The translations under genes and the position numbers were made by a program. This document shows, one piece after another, positions 60,000 through 64,000 of a DNA stretch of 64,000 nt (its first letter is position 1; every line of letters starts with the position of its first letter). Origin of the DNA: Octopus sinensis (lineage: Eukaryota); NCBI RefSeq assembly GCF_006345805.1, contig NC_042997.1, positions 203,608,001-203,672,000 on the forward strand, written 5' to 3'. The notes under the pieces are model-generated. The model was not told where the DNA came from, made no database searches, and saw only the letters and a program-made list of their open reading frames with translations.

Positions 60000-60410
60000 G
60001 CATTCTTGAGCAGTTACAAAGCAGGAATGTTTGGATAAAGTTGCTAGTACCAGGTTTGGGGTGGTAAATAGAAGGGCCTGGGAGGGGTGGCATGATATCA
60101 ACCAACTCCATGCAGCAGTTAGCTACTGTAGAAATAATAGGTGTCTAAGCCAGAGGATGGGGAACAACTTGCATGGAAATCAAGAAGTGTTCCATTTTGT
60201 TTGTATTTATTTAAAAATAAAATTCCATTGTGGGTTTTGAGCTTTGTATAAAGTTGGTAACTGACAAAGGCTGAAGTATTCTTTTATCAAGAAGAAGGCT
60301 AGTGTTTGGGATGAAGACTTTTGCTTTGTTGTTGAGGACATGGTATCACCAGTGATTCTGAGGCCTAGCATTTGTAGTGAAGTTGAGGAATTTAGATATG
60401 TGCTAGTCAT
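60000..60410 (-). mobile_element. Degraded LINE fragment (CR1/L2-group RT C-terminal region)
   Basis: ORF 60207-60410 LQMLGLRIT..KEYFSLCQLPTLYKAQ resembles the 'L.ILG..F...YF...QL..LYKAQ' region. Confidence 0.45.
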
Positions 60411-61664
60411 AACTGGAGGAGGGGAGTTGCATTGTTGGAGACTAAAAGAAGAGAACTCAGGACAGCTGTCTTTACTTTGAAGAACCTAGATATGCTTTCA
60501 CTATGAGAGTACTGCTTGTGGAGCCGTTGTGGTTGATAAATGGAGGATAGGAGGACACTGCAAAGTTGGTAGAGATCATAGTAAAAAAACAGAAGGATTA
60601 GCTGCAGTTTGGGAGTATGTGATGGATGAAGGCAGCTTCAATTTAAATAAGGGTCATACAGGAGTTGCATTGGAGAGTAGAAATTGTTCAAGAAGCTTTC
60701 ACTTTATGGTGCTGGTGGCATGTAAAAGTACCCAGTACACTCTAAAGTTGTTGACATTAAGGACACCCAGCTGAAGTGAAGAAACAATGGAGCCTGGTAT
60801 GACTCCTGTCAAACTGTCTAACCCATGTCAGCACGGAAAATGGATGCTAAATGAATAGGATGAGATTTTTACCAAACATTCATGGTTTATGTCCAGTTTG
60901 CAGCAGGTGAATCACCCAGATGTAATAGTGTGTGTTTTGTTTGTATATGAGATGCCTAAGATGGGTGGAAGACATTTTGGCATAGATGGTTCAATGCTGA
61001 CTTATTTGACATCAGATGTTTTAATGTTTCTCTTGTTCTTTTCCCCCACTCTCTGTTCATACAATCACATTTTTCTATGTGTCTTAAGAGAGGGAAATCA
61101 TCAATATTTAACACCCATTTTCCTTGCTGGCATGAGTTGGCAAGCCAGAGAGCTGCACCAGGCTCTAATTGTCTGTTTTGGCATGGTTTCTATGGCTGGA
61201 TGTCTTTCCTAATGACAACCACTTTACAGAGTGTACTGGGTGTTTTCGTGTGACACCAGCATGTGAGCTTTTTACAGGGCACCAGCACCACATCAGTCAT
61301 AAATGTAACATCTCACTTGCTCCCAATCAGTATATATACTTGCATGTGCACGTGTTGCTGTCACTAAAACAGGTTGAATGGGCAGTCAGCCAAGCCAAAA
61401 TAGCAGTGCCAGTTGTCTCATTCTATAACAACTTCAAATACCATTTTCTATCATTTATCTACCTGTGTTTGTGTATACTCGTGTCTAGACATCACATGGT
61501 GGTTGTAGATGAGCATCATCGTCATACAAGGAAGACTCTTTGTTTCCAGTCATTTTCAGTTATGGGGAAATATTACCCTGCTTGGAAACAGGAAGAGCAT
61601 CCCGTGGTAGAGAATCAATTCAGGATGTATGAAAAATAGACTTCCTCAAATGTCAGCAGGGTGG

Positions 61665-62250
61665 TACTTAGAAGTAGCAGACAGTTTCCGTTACCTAGGT
61701 GACCAAGTTTGCAGTGGTAGCAGTTGATCTAAAAGTACAGCTGCTACAATAAAAATAGGCTGAGCAAAGTTCAGAGAGCTTCTTCTGTTAGTAACAAAAG
61801 GCCTCTCCTCCAGAGTGAAAGGTAGATTGTATGATGCCTGTGTATGGACTGTTATGCTACATGGGTTGTGACTGCTGAGGACATGTGAAGGTTTGAAAGA
61901 AATGAAGCCACTATGCTTCGCTGGATGGGTAATGTCAGTGTGGATATACAACAAAGTCTAAGTGATTTGAGAGAAAAACTGGGTATACAAGGCATCAGAT
62001 GTAGTATGCAAGAGAGTAGACTGATGTGTATGAATGAAGATGTAATCATCCTAGCATATAGGCATGTCTCTTGCAGGCTTGTGGGTGCTGGTCCTACATA
62101 TAAAGCACTCAGTATACTCTGTAAGGTGGTTACCATGAGGAAGGGCATCCAGCCATAGAAACCATGCCAAAACCGACATGGAGCCCAGCAGCTCCTGTTG
62201 AACTGCCCAACCCATGCCAGCATGGAAAACAGCTGTTAATGATGATGTAT
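61665..62250 (+). mobile_element. Degraded RTE LINE 3' fragment, same family as 44620-45968
   Basis: ttagaagtagcagacagtttccgttacctaggtgaccaag.. aligns to the LEVV.SFRYLGDQ region; ends in the RTE tail with (gat)n. Confidence 0.8.
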
Positions 62251-62445
62251 CAGACCAAAGATTAAGATGCATAAAAGATTTTAAAGTAGGAATAATCTTT
62301 CATCTTTTACCTGTTTCAGTCATTAGACTGTGGCCATGCTGGGGCATGCCTTGAAGAATTTTAGTTAAACAAGGATTTCTTTTTCTAAAGTCTGGTACTT
62401 ATTCTATTGGTCTCTTTTACCAAACTGCTAACCTATGGGGGATAA

Positions 62446-62491
<46 letters not shown>

Positions 62492-62508
62492 ATATATACA
62501 TATACATA

Positions 62509-62867
62509 TCTCTCTATATAAACGGCAGTTTGTCTGTGCGTGTTTCTGTGTGTCTGTTTGCTTGTACCCTCACCCTGACCACGGCTTTCAACCGATTCTG
62601 ATGAAACTTGACACACACATAGCCCAATGTCATAATTCAAAACTAACGCAGCGAGAATTTTGAAAAGTTCCCCCAGTTCTGAAAAAATCGATAAATTCGA
62701 CATGGGGTCGAGAATCAGAAACACGAACCACAAACGCAACTCCACCTTTTTTAAATCTCAAAAAAAAATTTACCATCATTTTTTTCCATTTTTTTGCTAT
62801 AACTCTCTAAAAATGCTTTATAGTTATTTCCCTTACAAACCTGAGCAACGCCGGGCGATACTGCTAG
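62509..62867 (+). mobile_element. Non-autonomous Helitron (359 bp) inserted in the (TA)n tract of a SINE B
   Basis: A|TC 5' end, CTAG|T 3' end, subterminal hairpin CCTGAGCAACGCCGGG (62840-62855) 8 nt before CTAG, no TSD. Confidence 0.8.
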
Positions 62868-63039
62868 TATATATATATACACACAATAGGCTTCTTTCAT
62901 CTACCAACTCCACTTGTAAGACAGCCCAAGACTATAGTAGATGACACTTACCTAAGGTGCTATGCAGAGGGACTGAACTTGGAACCACGTGCTTCTGAAG
63001 CAAACTTCTAAATGCACAACCATGCCTGCACCAATCTAA

Positions 63040-63790
63040 AATCTTTTACTTTATTAATATCTGATTTGGATGGGCAAATTAGTCTAACTGTAGGTTTTTC
63101 TTTGTGGACTTTTAAATTTATACATGTTACCTTGGGTTTGTAAGGTTTCAACATGATCGTTTTGTGGTCCTTTATAATTTTAAATCTAGCTGAGTTGATA
63201 ATATTTAATGTAGACAAGCAAGTTTGAAGTTGCTATATAGTTTCTTTTTAATTAATTATATTTTAGGCCAAGTGAAATCGTAGTTATGGACAATGCTGGT
63301 GACATGTAAAAGTCACATGTGAAGGTGATATGTAAACAGCACCAGTGATGGTGACAGATAAAAGGCACCCACTATACTCTTGTAGTAGTTGGCAGTAGGA
63401 AGGGCACCCAGCTGTAGAAACCAAGCCAAAATCAGACGGGAGCCTGATACAGCTCTCTGGCTTACCAATTACAGCCAAAGTGTGTAACTTGTGCCAGCAT
63501 GGAAAACGGATGCTAAATGATGATGATGAATACTAATGTTATGTTTCCTGTCTTACCAGAGAGGACTAAAATTCCAGAAGCTTGTTTAATTAAGTTATTT
63601 AATTGTTTTAAATGTTCATTATAACAAAGTGGATGGCATTTGAATTTAGATTTTCCTGATGATATTAAATCTTTAAATGCAATTAGGTGTTGGTTTTGTG
63701 GAGAGTTCTTATGGGATTTAAAACTATATTTGAAGTAATTTGTAGATTCTGTATTAGCATCCATTCTGTATTTTGAAAAAAGAAATGCTT
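63040..63790 (-). mobile_element. Penelope-like element N-terminal/RT remnant, interrupted by an RTE-tail repeat
   Basis: ORF 63513-63800 (YSFKSHK..LIAFKDL..GILVLSGKTGNI) and ORF 63008-63217 (LKVHKEKPTVRLICPSKSDI) resemble Penelope 'FGFK....ADKT.N' and 'KDHK...P..RLINP.KS.I' motifs. Confidence 0.5.
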
Positions 63791-64000
63791 TCCAACACAT
63801 GCATTATAAAGAAACTCATCCTGTGTAGTTATATATTCAGTTTTTACCATTCATGAGGTAGGTGCTTAGGAGTGAAATATATAATCTAGCAGAATAGTGC
63901 ATAGAAAGAGTTATAATCCAAGCTTTGACCTCATGAAACACATCTGCATTACAGCCCCTTCTATAGGTAAGCCATGTGGCTTAGTAGTTACAGTGTTCAG

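Overview
AT-rich, repeat-dense eukaryotic DNA. The SINE families and microsatellites suggest a coleoid cephalopod, probably Octopus (inference). Three spliced or intronless housekeeping genes can be built by hand: POLR2G/RPB7 (minus, 2 coding exons, 172 aa), BOLA3 (minus, 4 coding exons, 124 aa, largely missed by the ORF track) and SRSF2/SC35 (plus, intronless 296-aa CDS). There is also one tRNA-Arg(UCG). The rest is mostly mobile DNA: Tx1/L1-like, RTE, CR1, Hero-like and Penelope-like retroelement remnants, mariner/hAT/piggyBac MITEs, a Helitron, several SINE families, a 1.17-kb foldback element with an 8-bp TSD in the RPB7 intron, an ~8-kb tandem segmental duplication and a ~1.2-kb duplication. 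The most interesting candidates are a putative SRSF2 autoregulatory module (3'UTR splice sites plus an SSNG-rich island in an ~9-kb transposon-free zone), the long intronic foldback (possible ADAR substrate), a SINE/LINE shared 3' tail, two Penelope-type hammerhead motifs and a PHD finger inside an RTE reverse transcriptase. All calls were made by eye with no database search; repeat boundaries are approximate unless a TSD defines them.
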